This document shows, piece by piece, positions 12,401 to 21,571 of a stretch of DNA of 64,000 nt (position 1 is the stretch's first letter; every line of letters begins with the position of its first letter). A program made the translations under genes and the position numbers. The stretch spans positions 8,618-72,617 of the forward strand of contig DASRNO010000081.1 of NCBI GenBank assembly GCA_035647375.1, in the 5' to 3' direction. The DNA comes from Bacteroidaceae bacterium (GTDB lineage Bacteria; Bacteroidota; Bacteroidia; Bacteroidales; Bacteroidaceae). The notes beneath the pieces were generated by a model. It was not told the DNA's origin, ran no database searches, and saw nothing but the letters and a program-made list of their open reading frames with translations.

Positions 12401-13284
12401 AAAAGAATTGTTTCTACACCTGATTCAATTATAGCCTCAATATGATCTGCCTCTAATACTGTCTCTCTATCAATGATCACCTCGTTACGTTCAATAGAGA
12501 CCACCTCGCCAGTATCAGAATCCACGAAATCTTCAATCCTTGTATGAAGAACTCGCGCTGCAAGTTTTCTCCCAATAGATTTTTTAAGATTAGTCTTGTT
12601 AACCTTAACCTCGTCGGCAAGATTGAAAATCTCAAGTATATCTTTATCATTTTCAAAACCTATAGCTCTAAGAAGTGTTGTAACAGGCAACTTCTTTTTC
12701 CGGTCTATGTAAGCATACATAACCTTATTAATATCGGTTGCAAACTCAATCCATGACCCTTTAAAAGGGATAATTCTTGCAGAATAGAGTGGTGTACCAT
12801 TTGCATGTATGCTCTGACCAAAAAAGACTCCCGGCGAACGATGTAACTGCGATACTACAACTCTTTCAGCACCATTGATAACAAAAGTTCCCTGCTCTGT
12901 CATATAAGGAATAGGGCCAAGATAAACATCCTGAACAACTGTATCAAAATCTTCATGATCAGGATCGGTACAATAGAGTTTAAGCTTTGCTTTCAAAGGC
13001 ACACTATAAGTCAAACCATGCTCAAGACACTCTGATATAGTGTAGCGTGGAGGATCTATGTAATAGTCTAGAAATTCAAGGACAAAATTATTGCGAGTAT
13101 CAGTAATTGGAAAGTTTTCAGAAAAAACTCTATAGAGACCCTCTATTTTTCGCTTTTCTGGAGGGGTATCCAGTTGCAAAAAATCCTTGAAAGATTTCAA
13201 TTGCACTTCCAAAAAATCCGGACAATACATCGGATTCTTTACGGAAGCAAAATTAATTCTCTGGTTTTCAGTAATTAAAGGCAT
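9472..13284 (-). CDS. rpoB: DNA-directed RNA polymerase subunit beta
   Basis: This is a 1270 aa protein with conserved beta-subunit blocks ([43 protein letters not shown]). It sits directly upstream of rpoC. Confidence 0.99.
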   Translation of the reverse strand: MPLITENQRINFASVKNPMYCPDFLEVQLKSFKDFLQLDTPPEKRKIEGLYRVFSENFPITDTRNNFVLEFLDYYIDPPRYTISECLEHGLTYSVPLKAKLKLYCTDPDHEDFDTVVQDVYLGPIPYMTEQGTFVINGAERVVVSQLHRSPGVFFGQSIHANGTPLYSARIIPFKGSWIEFATDINKVMYAYIDRKKKLPVTTLLRAIGFENDKDILEIFNLADEVKVNKTNLKKSIGRKLAARVLHTRIEDFVDSDTGEVVSIERNEVIIDRETVLEADHIEAIIESGVETILLHRESINQSDYSIIFNTLQKDPSNSEKEAVLYIYRQLRNADPTDEASAREVINNLFFSEKRYDLGEVGRFRVNRKLGLSTDKDLGVLTKEDIIEIIKYLIELVNSKAIVDDIDHLSNRRVRTVGEQLSNQFAVGLARMARTIRERMNVRDNEVFTPTDLINAKTVSAVINSFFGTNALSQFMDQTNPLAEITHKRRMSALGPGGLSRERAGFEVRDVHFTHYGRLCPIETPEGPNIGLISSLCIYAKINDLGFIETPYRKVKKCNVNLNNSEVIYLTAEEEEDLVIGQGNAPYDESGKFIRDRVKSRKDADFPVVDPAEVELMDVSPQQIASIAAALIPFLEHNDANRALMGSNMMRQAVPLLRTEAPIIGTGIEDQLVKDSRTQLTAEGDGEVTYVDSSTIRIKYDRTEDEEFISFDKAEKEYRIPKFRRTNQNMTINLRPLCEKGDRVKAGEILTEGYSTSNGELALGKNLLVAYMPWKGYNYEDAIVLSERVVREDILTSIHVEEFQLEVRETKRGLEELTADIPNVSEEATKDLDENGIIRVGAYVTPGDILIGKITPKGESDPSPEEKLLRAIFGDKAGDVKDASLKASPSLKGVVIDKRLFSRAIKTRSDKLADKAKLPMIDEEFEDKIKELKNILIGRLMKLTENKISQGVCDYMGTEVIPKGLRFTKRELENLDFSSIQSSRWTTDNHINTLISNLIINYLRKYKELDAEMKRKKFALTIGDELPTGIIQMAKVYIAKKRKIGVGDKMAGRHGNKGIVSRVVKSEDMPFMADGTPVDIVLNPLGVPSRMNIGQIFETVLGHAGKKLGIKFATPIFDGATLDDLNEWTDKAGLPRYGKTQLFDGGTGEPFDQYATVGVAYMLKLGHMVEDKMHARSIGPYSLITQQPLGGKAQFGGQRFGEMEVWALEAFGASHVLQEILTIKSDDVIGRSKAYESIVKGDPMPIPGIPESLNVLLHELRGLGLSVTLD

Positions 13285-13327
13285 ATGATGAAGTAATAAT
13301 TGGACTTAAAATAAAAATACACGAAAA

Positions 13328-13381
13328 GGTTAAGAAACCAAGGTTGACCCCAAAAGGGGCCTACCTTCAGATTGCTTAACC
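13328..13381 (-). promoter_or_regulatory. Long imperfect hairpin followed by a short U-rich stretch (UUUUCGUGUAUUUUU) in the rplL-rpoB spacer; candidate attenuator or processing site
   Basis: Outer arms are GGTTAAG / CTTAACC. The inner GC-rich stem is GGCCCC-TTTT-GGGGTC on the transcribed strand, followed by TTTTCGTGTATTTTT. The position matches the known rplL-rpoB attenuator of other bacteria. Confidence 0.4.
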
Positions 13382-13405
13382 ATTAACCTGACTAGCAGGC
13401 ATCTG

Positions 13406-13783
13406 TTATTTAAGTTCAACTTCTGCTCCAGTCTCTTCTAAAGTTTTCTTTAAAGACTCAGCCTCGCCTTTAGCGAGCCCCTCTTTTACAACACTAGGTG
13501 CAGCGTCTACTAGGTCTTTAGCCTCTTTCAGGCCTAATCCGCAAGCTTCCTTGACGGCTTTTACAACCTGAAGTTTATTAGCACCGAAGCTCTTTAGAAC
13601 TACATCAAAAGAGCTTTTTTCCTCGACAGACTCTGTTGCAGCGGCAGGACCGGCAGCTGCAACAGCTACTGCAGCTGCAGCAGGTTCGATACCATATTCA
13701 TCTTTAAGAATAGTCGCAAGTTCATTGACCTCTTTTACAGTGAGGTTAACCATTTGTTCTGCTAATGCTTTCAAATCAGCCAT
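13406..13783 (-). CDS. rplL: 50S ribosomal protein L7/L12
   Basis: This is a 125 aa protein with an Ala-rich hinge and the conserved C-terminal domain ([24 protein letters not shown]). Confidence 0.98.
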   Translation of the reverse strand: MADLKALAEQMVNLTVKEVNELATILKDEYGIEPAAAAVAVAAAGPAAATESVEEKSSFDVVLKSFGANKLQVVKAVKEACGLGLKEAKDLVDAAPSVVKEGLAKGEAESLKKTLEETGAEVELK

Positions 13784-13823
13784 TGTTTTATAATTTAAAT
13801 TAGGTTATTACTCAAAAGTTTAA

Positions 13824-14348
13824 TTAATCATCTCTTTCGCCCAGAGTCTTTAAAACTCCGTGCAGGGTATTAGCACCCGATTGCAAGGCCGAAATAACAT
13901 TTTTTGTCGGTGACTGCAATAAAGCAACGACATCGGCAATAAGTTCTTTCTTGCTCTTAACATTTATCAATACATCTAATTGGTCTGCACCTATATAGAA
14001 ACTCTCTTCGACAAATGCTGCTTTTAGACCTGGTATACCGGTTTTCCTATCTGAAATCTCTTTGAGCAGCTTAGCAGGAGCGTTGGAGACATTCGAAAAC
14101 ATCATCGCCGTATTACCTTTAAGTACATCAAAGAGAGGCGAGTAGTCGATCGTCATCTGCTCAAAAGCCTTTCGAAGAAGCGTATTCTTCACAACCGTCA
14201 GTTTTATATCAGATTTAAAACACTTTCTTCTTATGTTGCTTGTTGTTTCCGAATTAAGACCGGTCACATCAATAAGATAAAAGCATGTATAACTCTCCAG
14301 AGCCTGCTTTAAATTTTCAATTATAATCGTTTTATCTTCCTTTTTCAT
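13824..14348 (-). CDS. rplJ: 50S ribosomal protein L10
   Basis: This is a 174 aa protein located between rplA and rplL, with L10-like sequence. Confidence 0.95.
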   Translation of the reverse strand: MKKEDKTIIIENLKQALESYTCFYLIDVTGLNSETTSNIRRKCFKSDIKLTVVKNTLLRKAFEQMTIDYSPLFDVLKGNTAMMFSNVSNAPAKLLKEISDRKTGIPGLKAAFVEESFYIGADQLDVLINVKSKKELIADVVALLQSPTKNVISALQSGANTLHGVLKTLGERDD

Positions 14349-14359
14349 AATCTTTCAGT

Positions 14360-15058
14360 TTAAATCTCATCAAGACTCTTAACATCAATTTTAATACCTT
14401 TACTCATTGTGCTAGAAAGATAAACGCTCTTAACGTAAGTACCTTTTGCAGACGTCGGCTTAAGTTTATAGATCATATCCATAAACTCTTTAACATTTTC
14501 TCGAATAGCGTCGGCTGTAAAAGAGACCTTACCTACAGAAGTGTGAACTATTCCTGCTTTGTCAACCTTGAAGTCAATCTTTCCTTGTTTGACCTCTTTG
14601 ACAGCTTTTGGAACATCCATTGTTACCGTACCGCTCTTAGGATTAGGCATTAATCCACGCGGACCAAGAATGCGACCTAAAGGTCCAAGTTTTCCCATAA
14701 GAGAAGGCATGGTTATAATTACATCTACGTCGGTCCAACCTCCCTTTATCTTCTCTAAATACTCTTCAAAACCTACGTAATCTGCTCCGGCCTCTTTAGC
14801 CTCGGTTTCTACGTCGGGAGTACATAGAGCTAAAACTCTAATAACTTTACCTGTTCCATGTGGAAGTGACACAACACCACGAACCATCTGGTTAGCCTTT
14901 CTAGGATCCACTCCCAATCTAACATCGATATCTACCGATGCATCAAATTTGGTTGTGGTTATCTCCTTGACCAACTGAGAAGCCTCTTTGAGGGTATATG
15001 TTTTGTCTGCCTCTATTTTGGAAGCCGCAATCTTTTGATTTTTCGTCAGTTTACCCAT
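14360..15058 (-). CDS. rplA: 50S ribosomal protein L1
   Basis: This is a 232 aa protein with L1 motifs ([30 protein letters not shown]). Confidence 0.98.
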   Translation of the reverse strand: MGKLTKNQKIAASKIEADKTYTLKEASQLVKEITTTKFDASVDIDVRLGVDPRKANQMVRGVVSLPHGTGKVIRVLALCTPDVETEAKEAGADYVGFEEYLEKIKGGWTDVDVIITMPSLMGKLGPLGRILGPRGLMPNPKSGTVTMDVPKAVKEVKQGKIDFKVDKAGIVHTSVGKVSFTADAIRENVKEFMDMIYKLKPTSAKGTYVKSVYLSSTMSKGIKIDVKSLDEI

Positions 15059-15087
15059 TCTTCTTTTTTTTAAATGATTATCAGGAT

Positions 15088-15513
15088 TTAATCTTTTACC
15101 GTAATCCCTATACTTCTTGCTGTTCCGGCCACCATATTGGCAGCTGACTCAAGCGTAAAGCAATTCAAATCCGGCATTTTATCCTGAGCAATCTCAGCAA
15201 CCTGTTTCTTGGTAACAGAAGCCACTTTTTTACGATTGGGCTCGGATGAGCCTTTAGTCGCCTTAGAAGCTTCCATTAACTGGACGGCTACTGGTGGAGT
15301 TTTAATAACAAAGTCAAACGATTTATCAGCATAATAAGTGATAATCGCCGGTAAAACTTTACCAGACTTGTCTTGGGTCCTGGCATTAAATTGTTTGCAA
15401 AACTCCATTATATTTAAACCTTTTGATCCCAATGCAGGACCAACAGGCGGAGATGGGTTTGCAGCGCCTCCTTTAATCTGTAATTTGATTATTCCAGCAA
15501 CTTTTTTAGCCAT
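15088..15513 (-). CDS. rplK: 50S ribosomal protein L11
   Basis: This is a 141 aa protein with the L11 motif ([20 protein letters not shown]). Confidence 0.98.
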   Translation of the reverse strand: MAKKVAGIIKLQIKGGAANPSPPVGPALGSKGLNIMEFCKQFNARTQDKSGKVLPAIITYYADKSFDFVIKTPPVAVQLMEASKATKGSSEPNRKKVASVTKKQVAEIAQDKMPDLNCFTLESAANMVAGTARSIGITVKD

Positions 15514-15576
15514 TTTTTAATAAATAAATTATAGTGAACACTATGCAAGAGGAAATAAGCGGTAGTAACAATTCAC

Positions 15577-16119
15577 CTATTCCTTCTCTACCTGCATAAA
15601 ACCAAGATCTATTGGCGTTTTACGACCAAAAATCTTTACCATGACCTTTAATTTTTTCTTAGCATTATCAACCTCTTCAATTATACCGTTAAAGCCGGAA
15701 AATGGCCCGAAAATTACTTTTACAGATTCTCCTGCTGTGAAAGGTATAAATAGATCCTCGCTTGTTTCTTGAAGCTCGTCAACCGAACCAAGAATACGAT
15801 TCACCTCTGAAGGGCGTAAAGGAGTCGGATTATCCATTCCTCCAAGGAAGCCCAATACATTGGGACAACTTCTAAGACGCTGTTTAACTTCGCCAACAAG
15901 CGCTGCCTCAACCAGAACATACCCCGGAAGATAGCTCCGTTCTTTGACTATACGTTTGCCACTACGAATTTGAACAACCTTCTCCGTTGGGATAAGTACT
16001 TGAGATATATATTCCTCCAAACCACTGTTTCTAGCGTCTATTTCAATATACTCCTTGATTTTTGACTCTTTTCCACTAATAGCTTTCAGAACATACCACT
16101 TTTTTTCCAACTCTGCCAT
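15577..16119 (-). CDS. nusG: Transcription termination/antitermination factor NusG
   Basis: This is a 180 aa protein with an NGN domain (KWYVLKAISGKE) and a KOW motif. It sits between secE and rplK. Confidence 0.97.
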   Translation of the reverse strand: MAELEKKWYVLKAISGKESKIKEYIEIDARNSGLEEYISQVLIPTEKVVQIRSGKRIVKERSYLPGYVLVEAALVGEVKQRLRSCPNVLGFLGGMDNPTPLRPSEVNRILGSVDELQETSEDLFIPFTAGESVKVIFGPFSGFNGIIEEVDNAKKKLKVMVKIFGRKTPIDLGFMQVEKE

Positions 16120-16130
16120 ATCTCCAAGTA

Positions 16131-16319
16131 TTAAGGATAAATAAATGTCATTACTCCCTGGAAAATTTTATCCATCAAGAACACAACTATCGAGATTAAT
16201 AGGGAAGCCATTAAAACAATAATCGCACTGTTTGTGAGTTCTTTAGCGGATGGCCATGTCGTTTTATAGACAAGTTCTTCGTATGATGCCTTACAGTTAT
16301 AATACAATTTCTTAAACAT
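16131..16319 (-). CDS. secE: Preprotein translocase subunit SecE
   Basis: This is a 62 aa single-TM protein (KTTWPS...) in the canonical position between tRNA-Trp and nusG. Confidence 0.9.
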   Translation of the reverse strand: MFKKLYYNCKASYEELVYKTTWPSAKELTNSAIIVLMASLLISIVVFLMDKIFQGVMTFIYP

Positions 16320-16337
16320 AGTTTATATTACCATTTG

Positions 16338-16410
16338 CACGGGCGGAAAGGCTCGAACTCTCGACTCTCGGTTTTGGAGACCGATGCTCTACCAACTGAG
16401 CTACACCCGT
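16338..16410 (-). tRNA. tRNA-Trp (anticodon CCA)
   Basis: I folded the cloverleaf by hand. The acceptor is ACGGGTG/CGCCCGT, the anticodon stem-loop is TCGGT-CTCCAAA-ACCGA, and the T-loop is TTCGAGC. No CCA is encoded. Confidence 0.9.
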
Positions 16411-16450
16411 ATAAACGTTAGCCCATAAAGGGCCAACGCTATTTAAAATA

Positions 16451-17647
16451 TTAGTCAATAATCTGAATAATCTGACCTGAACCTACTGTGCGTCCACCCT
16501 CGCGAATAGCAAAACGAAGACCAACATTGATTGCCACAGGATAAATTAACTCTACTGTAATCTCCACATTATCGCCGGGCATAACCATTTCAGTTCCCTC
16601 AGGAAGAGTAATTTCGCCAGTACAATCCATTGTTCTGATATAGAACTGAGGACGATATTTGTCACGGAATGAAGTGTGACGTCCACCCTCTTTCTGTGTT
16701 AGAACGTAAATTGAAGCTTTGAATGTAGTGTGTGGTTTGATTTGTCCAGGATGACAAAGTACCATACCACGTTTAATCTCTGTCTTTTCTACACCACGGA
16801 GCAATAAACCCACGTTATCACCAGCCTCACCTGTATCAAGAATTTTACGGAACATCTCTACTCCTGTAACAACAGTCTCTTTCTCTTCACCAAGACCAAG
16901 AATCTCAATCTTGTCACCAACTTTTACCACACCAGCTTCAATACGTCCGGTAGCAACAGTACCGCGACCTGTTATGGAGAATACATCCTCAACAGGCATC
17001 AAGAAAGGCTTGTCAACGGCGCGCGGAGGCAGTGGTATCCAACTATCAACAGCAGCCATAAGCTCCATTACTTTTTCTTCCCATTCGGGAACACCGTTCA
17101 AAGCTCCAAGAGCTGAACCACGTATAACAGGAGTGTTGTCACCATCAAATTCGTAAACATCAAGAAGCTCGCGCATCTCCATATCTACAAGATCAATCAT
17201 CTCTGAATCAACATCCGGAGAGTCACATTTATTTAGAAATACAACAAGACGGGGAACATTAACCTGACGCGCCAGAAGAATATGTTCACGTGTTTGTGGC
17301 ATAGGTCCGTCAGTAGCAGCTACAACCACAATGGCACCATCCATCTGAGCAGCACCAGTAACCATATTTTTAACATAGTCAGCGTGACCAGGACAGTCAA
17401 CATGCGCATAGTGTCGATTCTCTGTTTCATACTCAACATGCGATGTATTGATAGTAATACCACGCTCTTTTTCCTCAGGAGCATTGTCAATCTGATCGAA
17501 TGATTTTACTGTATCTCCACTAGTAAATCCTTTTTTAGAGAGAATCAGGGTTATTGCGGCCGTCAATGTGGTCTTACCATGATCTACGTGGCCGATTGTA
17601 CCAATGTTTACGTGCGGTTTTTTCCGCTCAAATTTTTCCTTTGCCAT
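16451..17647 (-). CDS. tuf: Elongation factor Tu
   Basis: This is a 398 aa protein with the GTPase motifs [14 protein letters not shown] and NKCD. Confidence 0.99.
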   Translation of the reverse strand: MAKEKFERKKPHVNIGTIGHVDHGKTTLTAAITLILSKKGFTSGDTVKSFDQIDNAPEEKERGITINTSHVEYETENRHYAHVDCPGHADYVKNMVTGAAQMDGAIVVVAATDGPMPQTREHILLARQVNVPRLVVFLNKCDSPDVDSEMIDLVDMEMRELLDVYEFDGDNTPVIRGSALGALNGVPEWEEKVMELMAAVDSWIPLPPRAVDKPFLMPVEDVFSITGRGTVATGRIEAGVVKVGDKIEILGLGEEKETVVTGVEMFRKILDTGEAGDNVGLLLRGVEKTEIKRGMVLCHPGQIKPHTTFKASIYVLTQKEGGRHTSFRDKYRPQFYIRTMDCTGEITLPEGTEMVMPGDNVEITVELIYPVAINVGLRFAIREGGRTVGSGQIIQIID

Positions 17648-17724
17648 AGTTTTATAAATTACGCTATTGATTGATTGTTAACTTGATTTTTAATTATACT
17701 CTTATACCAAATTATCCGCAACTG

Positions 17725-17797
17725 AGCTGTTATCGAGACTTGAACTCGAGACCTCATCCTTACCAAGGATGTGCTCTACCAACTGAGCTATAACAGC
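17725..17797 (-). tRNA. tRNA-Thr (anticodon GGT)
   Basis: Hand fold: acceptor GCTGTTA/TAACAGC, anticodon stem-loop CATCC-TTGGTAA-GGATG, T-loop TTCAAGT. Confidence 0.9.
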
Positions 17798-17805
17798 GAC
17801 AAAAG

Positions 17806-17878
17806 AGCGGGAAACGGGACTCAAACCCGCGACCCTCAGCTTGGAAGGCTAATGCTCTATCAACTGAGCTATTCCCGC
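17806..17878 (-). tRNA. tRNA-Gly (anticodon TCC)
   Basis: Hand fold: acceptor GCGGGAA/TTCCCGC, anticodon loop CTTCCAA, T-loop TTTGAGT. Confidence 0.9.
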
Positions 17879-17972
17879 ATTCTTGTCAAGAAAGATACTA
17901 ATATGTCTACATAAAAGCTGCAAACAGATTCCTTTAAATTTATAAAGGAACTCTCTCTTTGTAAAGTCTGCG

Positions 17973-18055
17973 TGGGCAAAGATGGATTCGAACCACCGAA
18001 GTCGAAAGACAGCAGATTTACAGTCTGCCCCATTTGGCCACTCTGGTATTTGCCC
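17973..18055 (-). tRNA. tRNA-Tyr (anticodon GTA), long variable arm
   Basis: Hand fold: acceptor GGGCAAA/TTTGCCC, anticodon loop CTGTAAA, a class-II variable arm, and T-loop TTCGAAT. Confidence 0.9.
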
Positions 18056-18095
18056 TACTAACCATTAAATAAAAGAACTATATCTCTTTTTTTTG

Positions 18096-18169
18096 AGCCT
18101 CTTGTCGGATTCGAACCAACGACCCCGAGATTACAAATCACGTGCTCTGGCCAACTGAGCTAAAGAGGC
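18096..18169 (-). tRNA. tRNA-Thr (anticodon TGT)
   Basis: Hand fold: acceptor GCCTCTT/AAGAGGC, anticodon loop TTTGTAA, T-loop TTCGAAT. Confidence 0.9.
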
Positions 18170-18211
18170 GATAACTAAGCTCCCGCGACCCTATTCGGAG
18201 CAGAGCGGGTG

Positions 18212-18219
18212 CAAAGATA
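18212..18219 (-). promoter_or_regulatory. -7 box TATCTTTG with a -33 TTTG 19 nt upstream; promoter of the tRNA(Thr-Tyr-Gly-Thr)-tuf operon
   Basis: The reverse strand reads TTTG-N19-TATCTTTG. It ends about 40 nt before the first tRNA and matches the Bacteroidota TTTG/TAnnTTTG consensus and spacing. Confidence 0.6.
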
Positions 18220-18255
18220 TGGCAATTTTTCTTTCCGGCAAAAAAATTAGTGTTT

Positions 18256-18555
18256 TTATTTAACACGCTGTTTTTCCTTATTTTTATGAATCTGCCTAGA
18301 AACAGCTTCGATACTTTCATCTACAGCCTGTTCAAATGTATCACTTGTTTTTTCAGCAAACAACTCACTATTCGGAATAAAGAGACTCAATGAAACCTGC
18401 TTGTTCATAGAAGTCTCCGGTTTAACAACCTTTAAAACAACTTCTACTCGCTGTATATCTTCGTCAAATCTTTTAAGTTTCATACATTTTTTCTCTATAA
18501 ATGCTTTAAGACTCTCTGTAGCGTTAAAACGCAGGGATTGAATTTTTATTTCCAT
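18256..18555 (-). CDS. hpf: Ribosome hibernation promoting factor / RaiA family (short form)
   Basis: The sequence MEIKIQSLRFNATESLKAFIEKK... is typical of the short HPF/YfiA family. The start is trimmed to the ATG at 18555, because the 141-aa track ORF would overlap the recombinase gene by more than 100 nt. Confidence 0.8.
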   Translation of the reverse strand: MEIKIQSLRFNATESLKAFIEKKCMKLKRFDEDIQRVEVVLKVVKPETSMNKQVSLSLFIPNSELFAEKTSDTFEQAVDESIEAVSRQIHKNKEKQRVK

Positions 18556-18568
18556 AATATTTCTGTTT

Positions 18569-19474
18569 TTAAGCTCTTGGATGAGCCTGTTTGTATATCT
18601 CTTTAAGCTTTTGAAACGTGGTATGGGTGTAAATTTCTGTTGTTGAAAGGCTTTTATGCCCAAGCAACTCTTTGACAGCACTCAAATCGGCATTATTGTT
18701 AAGCATTACAGTAGCGAAGGTATGGCGTAGAACATGAGGGCTTTTCTTACTAACAGAAGATACTTGATCAAGCGCACTCTTAACTAAGAGATAAACCTGA
18801 TGCCTGGGAATTCTTTCACCTTTTACACTAAGAAAAAAAGCTATTTGTTCTGAACCGAACCTACTATTCCTGTTATCTATATAACTGAGCAACATGCTTT
18901 TAAGCTCCTCTCCAAAAGGAATAATTCTCTGTTTATTACCCTTACCGGTAACTTTTATATAATTGTCCAAAAAATCAATATCCTTGTCGTCTAAACCGAT
19001 CAACTCTGCTAATCTTATTCCTGTCTGGTAAAAAGTGGCTATTATGGCTCTATCGCGTAAATCAACAAAGCTCTCACCCGTAAAAATATTATCAAGAAGG
19101 TTATTCATCTCGCTCTCTTTCAAAAAAACAGGCAGAGGTTTCTTATTCTTTGGTCCCCTTAAATTATCAATCGGAGATTTGTCAACATAATCTCTCATCT
19201 CCATAAATCTATAAAATGAACGTAAAGAGCTAAGCTTTCTGTTAACAGTTGTAGTTGTTTTTTTATCCTCCATAAGACTTGCCATCCACATTCTCACCAA
19301 ATCCGAATCGGCTAAAGATAGATCTAAAGATGCATCTTGACTTTTAAGAAATCTATCAAAATGCAGCAGGTCAGAACAGTAGCTGGCTACTGTTCTAGGG
19401 GAATAGTTCCGCTCAAGACTCAGGTAATCAGCAAATAGGTCCTTATACATAACAAAATTCGTTACTGAACTCAT
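18569..19474 (-). CDS. xerC: Tyrosine recombinase, XerC-like
   Basis: This is a 301 aa protein with an N-terminal SAM-like domain and the catalytic R...HxLRH...Y signature (PHVLRHTFATVML, LLGHKSLSTTEIYTH). It sits in a conserved housekeeping context between rpsU and hpf. Confidence 0.8.
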   Translation of the reverse strand: MSSVTNFVMYKDLFADYLSLERNYSPRTVASYCSDLLHFDRFLKSQDASLDLSLADSDLVRMWMASLMEDKKTTTTVNRKLSSLRSFYRFMEMRDYVDKSPIDNLRGPKNKKPLPVFLKESEMNNLLDNIFTGESFVDLRDRAIIATFYQTGIRLAELIGLDDKDIDFLDNYIKVTGKGNKQRIIPFGEELKSMLLSYIDNRNSRFGSEQIAFFLSVKGERIPRHQVYLLVKSALDQVSSVSKKSPHVLRHTFATVMLNNNADLSAVKELLGHKSLSTTEIYTHTTFQKLKEIYKQAHPRA

Positions 19475-19531
19475 TTCAGCAACGAATATATGAAGAAAAA
19501 ATCAGAAATAAAGAAACCTGAAACAGTTTTT

Positions 19532-19723
19532 TTACTCTTCAATCTGCTGCAACTTTTGAATATATATAGCACGATCCTTCCTAGATCTTCTTATTTCTGA
19601 CGGTTTGTCGAACTGCTGACGCCTCCTCAATTCTTTGACAACACCTGTCCTTTCATATTTTCTCTTAAATTTTTTGAGAGCTCTCTCTATATTTTCGCCC
19701 TCTTTTACCGGTACAATAATCAT
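19532..19723 (-). CDS. rpsU: 30S ribosomal protein S21
   Basis: This is a 63 aa basic protein (ERALKKFKRKYERTGVVKELRRRQ). Confidence 0.95.
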   Translation of the reverse strand: MIIVPVKEGENIERALKKFKRKYERTGVVKELRRRQQFDKPSEIRRSRKDRAIYIQKLQQIEE

Positions 19724-19772
19724 TTTTAAATTTTAAATTTATCTTATTTTTTTAGTTCCACAAATAGCGGCG

Positions 19773-19780
19773 CAAAGATA
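19773..19780 (-). promoter_or_regulatory. -7 box TATCTTTG with a -33 TTTG 20 nt upstream; rpsU promoter
   Basis: The reverse strand reads TTTG-N20-TATCTTTG, about 50 nt upstream of the rpsU ATG. Confidence 0.55.
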
Positions 19781-19820
19781 GTTGTTATTTCCTTTAACAC
19801 CAAACTATTTCCTCTCTTTT

Positions 19821-19859
19821 CGCTAAAAAAGAGGGAGCGAAAAAACTCCGCTCCCTCTT
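19821..19859 (-). terminator. Intrinsic terminator of mdh
   Basis: An 11-bp perfect stem AAGAGGGAGCG / CGCTCCCTCTT (19829-19839 / 19849-19859) is followed by a T-run on the reverse strand. It lies 25 nt past the mdh stop. Confidence 0.8.
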
Positions 19860-19884
19860 TCATCTATTTAAGAAGAACTATCTA

Positions 19885-20886
19885 TTATTTTAAATTGGGA
19901 TTCAACTTACTCCATTCAGAGATTGCAGGAAGAACTCCTAAGCTGATAACCTCATCGCGCATAGCCTCCAAATGTTTATAGCTAGAACGAAGAGCCTGTT
20001 TTTCTTGATCAGTTCCCTTTACTTCTGTATAAGTTACTCCTTGAGAAGAGATAATTGTCTCCATTCCCATCATTACATGATTAAACTCTCCATTTGACAC
20101 ATAACACCCGGCCGGCCATATAAACTTCTCTCCTCCCATTGCTGCTGCTATCATCTGAACAGAGACATAAGAGGGGCTCTGGAAAGAAGAGCGTCCGCGA
20201 AGATCAATAATTTGCTTACCTCCTTGTGTAACGTCATATTTTATAGCGGACCATTTTTCTTCTGTCAAAACTGGAGTTCCTATCAAACTTGATAAGGACT
20301 TTCCATCTATCTTTGCTGTAGATGCAAAAACCGCCATCTGTTCACCATGCCCTCCATAGGTACGAGCTCCGGTAACTTTACTCTGAAGAATACCGAAATG
20401 TTTTGCCAATGCACTCTGAAGACGAGTGCTATCAAGGGCTGCAAGAGTTGTAATTTGAGCCGGCTTCAATCCGGAATAAACTAAAGTAACAAGTCCGGTA
20501 ATATCAGCAGGGTTGAATATAACAACACAATGTTTAAGATCTGGACAATACTCTTTTATATCTAATCCAAGCTGTTCTGCTATTTTGGCATTGCCTACCA
20601 GCAAATCTTCACGGGTCATTCCGGCTTTTCTGGGAGCACCTCCCGAAGAAACCATAAATTTAGCTCCTGTAAAAGCCTCTTTAACATTATCCGTGTAGGT
20701 GATGTTTACATTAGGAAAAGCACAATGTCTAAGCTCTTCTACCACACCTTCTAATCCAGGTAAATATACATCATAGAGGCAAATATTTGGGGTTAGACCC
20801 ATCATAAGCGCTGTTTGGGCCATATTGGAGCCAATCATGCCGGCTGCACCAGATATAACCAACTTTTCATCCGTCAAAAACTTCAT
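19885..20886 (-). CDS. mdh: Malate dehydrogenase (NAD-dependent, LDH/MDH superfamily)
   Basis: This is a 333 aa protein with the Rossmann motif ISGAAGMIGSNM and LDH/MDH family features. Confidence 0.85.
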   Translation of the reverse strand: MKFLTDEKLVISGAAGMIGSNMAQTALMMGLTPNICLYDVYLPGLEGVVEELRHCAFPNVNITYTDNVKEAFTGAKFMVSSGGAPRKAGMTREDLLVGNAKIAEQLGLDIKEYCPDLKHCVVIFNPADITGLVTLVYSGLKPAQITTLAALDSTRLQSALAKHFGILQSKVTGARTYGGHGEQMAVFASTAKIDGKSLSSLIGTPVLTEEKWSAIKYDVTQGGKQIIDLRGRSSFQSPSYVSVQMIAAAMGGEKFIWPAGCYVSNGEFNHVMMGMETIISSQGVTYTEVKGTDQEKQALRSSYKHLEAMRDEVISLGVLPAISEWSKLNPNLK

Positions 20887-20921
20887 TTTATCAATAGTTA
20901 TAAGTGATCTTTTATAGCAGA

Positions 20922-20929
20922 CAAAGGTA
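20922..20929 (-). promoter_or_regulatory. -7 box TACCTTTG upstream of mdh
   Basis: Exact TAnnTTTG match on the reverse strand, about 35 nt upstream of the mdh ATG. Confidence 0.45.
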
Positions 20930-21019
20930 ATGATTTAGGTGATCATAATTTACAAATAATGTATAAATAATATTGCATATTACTTTTACAAAAGCTAAAT
21001 TCGCTAAAAATATTTTTAC

Positions 21020-21541
21020 ATGGCTTTAATTAAATCAGTCCGCGGATTTACTCCCATAATTGGTGATAACACTTTTTTGGCAGAAAATTCTACTATTATA
21101 GGTGACGTCCAAATAGGTTCCGGATGCAGCATTTGGTTCGGTACTGTTATCCGCGGCGATGTGAATTCTATTAGAATTGGAAACAATACAAATATTCAGG
21201 ACGGGACTGTAATTCACACTCTATATAAAAGATCTGTTACCGAAATAGGAAATAATGTATCCGTAGGACACAACGTAACAATACATGGGGCTAAAATAGA
21301 CGATAATGCTCTAATAGGAATGGGTGCTGTTATACTTGATAACGCAATTATTGGTGAAGGATCAATTGTAGCCGCAGGATCGGTTGTTCTTGGAAATACA
21401 TTAGTGGAACCGGGTACAATCTGGGCTGGGGTACCAGCTAAATTTATAAAGAGAGTTGATCCTGAACAAAGTAAAGAGTTGAATCAACGAATTGCTCGTG
21501 ATTATCAGATCTATTCCGAATGGTATAATAAAAAAGAGTGA
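21020..21541 (+). CDS. Gamma-carbonic-anhydrase-like left-handed beta-helix (hexapeptide repeat) protein
   Basis: This is a 173 aa protein with hexapeptide repeats throughout and a YrdA/PaaY-like layout (IGDVQIGSGCSIWFGTVIRGD, VGHNVTIHG). Confidence 0.8.
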   Translation: MALIKSVRGFTPIIGDNTFLAENSTIIGDVQIGSGCSIWFGTVIRGDVNSIRIGNNTNIQDGTVIHTLYKRSVTEIGNNVSVGHNVTIHGAKIDDNALIGMGAVILDNAIIGEGSIVAAGSVVLGNTLVEPGTIWAGVPAKFIKRVDPEQSKELNQRIARDYQIYSEWYNKKE

Positions 21542-21571
21542 AAAACATAGTTTTTGCTCTTTACCAAACAA

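Noticed and set aside
5137-13284. Many 60-104 aa ORFs on both strands lie inside rpoC and rpoB (for example 6215-6406, 8471-8740, 10445-10759, 11339-11632).
   Set aside because: All are nested in, or antisense to, highly conserved RNA polymerase genes. Their composition is low-complexity (Ser/Ile/Leu-rich), as expected from reading AT-rich coding DNA out of frame.
17879-17972. An 8-bp hairpin (TTCCTTTA-AATTTA-TAAAGGAA) in the tRNA-Gly / tRNA-Tyr spacer might be an ncRNA.
   Set aside because: It is short and AT-rich and lies inside a polycistronic tRNA precursor. It is most simply a processing or spacer structure.
18138-18320. A 60-aa reverse-strand ORF.
   Set aside because: It overlaps tRNA-Thr(TGT), its predicted promoter and the hpf 3' end. 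It has no protein-like features.
18556-18681. The track ORF 18256..18681 (hpf) has a 42-codon N-terminal extension.
   Set aside because: It would overlap the 3' end of the xerC-like gene by more than 100 nt. HPF homology begins at MEIKIQ (ATG at 18555).
18569-19474. A tyrosine recombinase next to a tRNA cluster might be the integrase of an integrated element.
   Set aside because: The gene is sandwiched between rpsU and hpf in a housekeeping arrangement. No duplicated tRNA 3' segment (att repeat) is visible nearby, and no cargo genes are present. It has the XerC/XerD-type catalytic signature.
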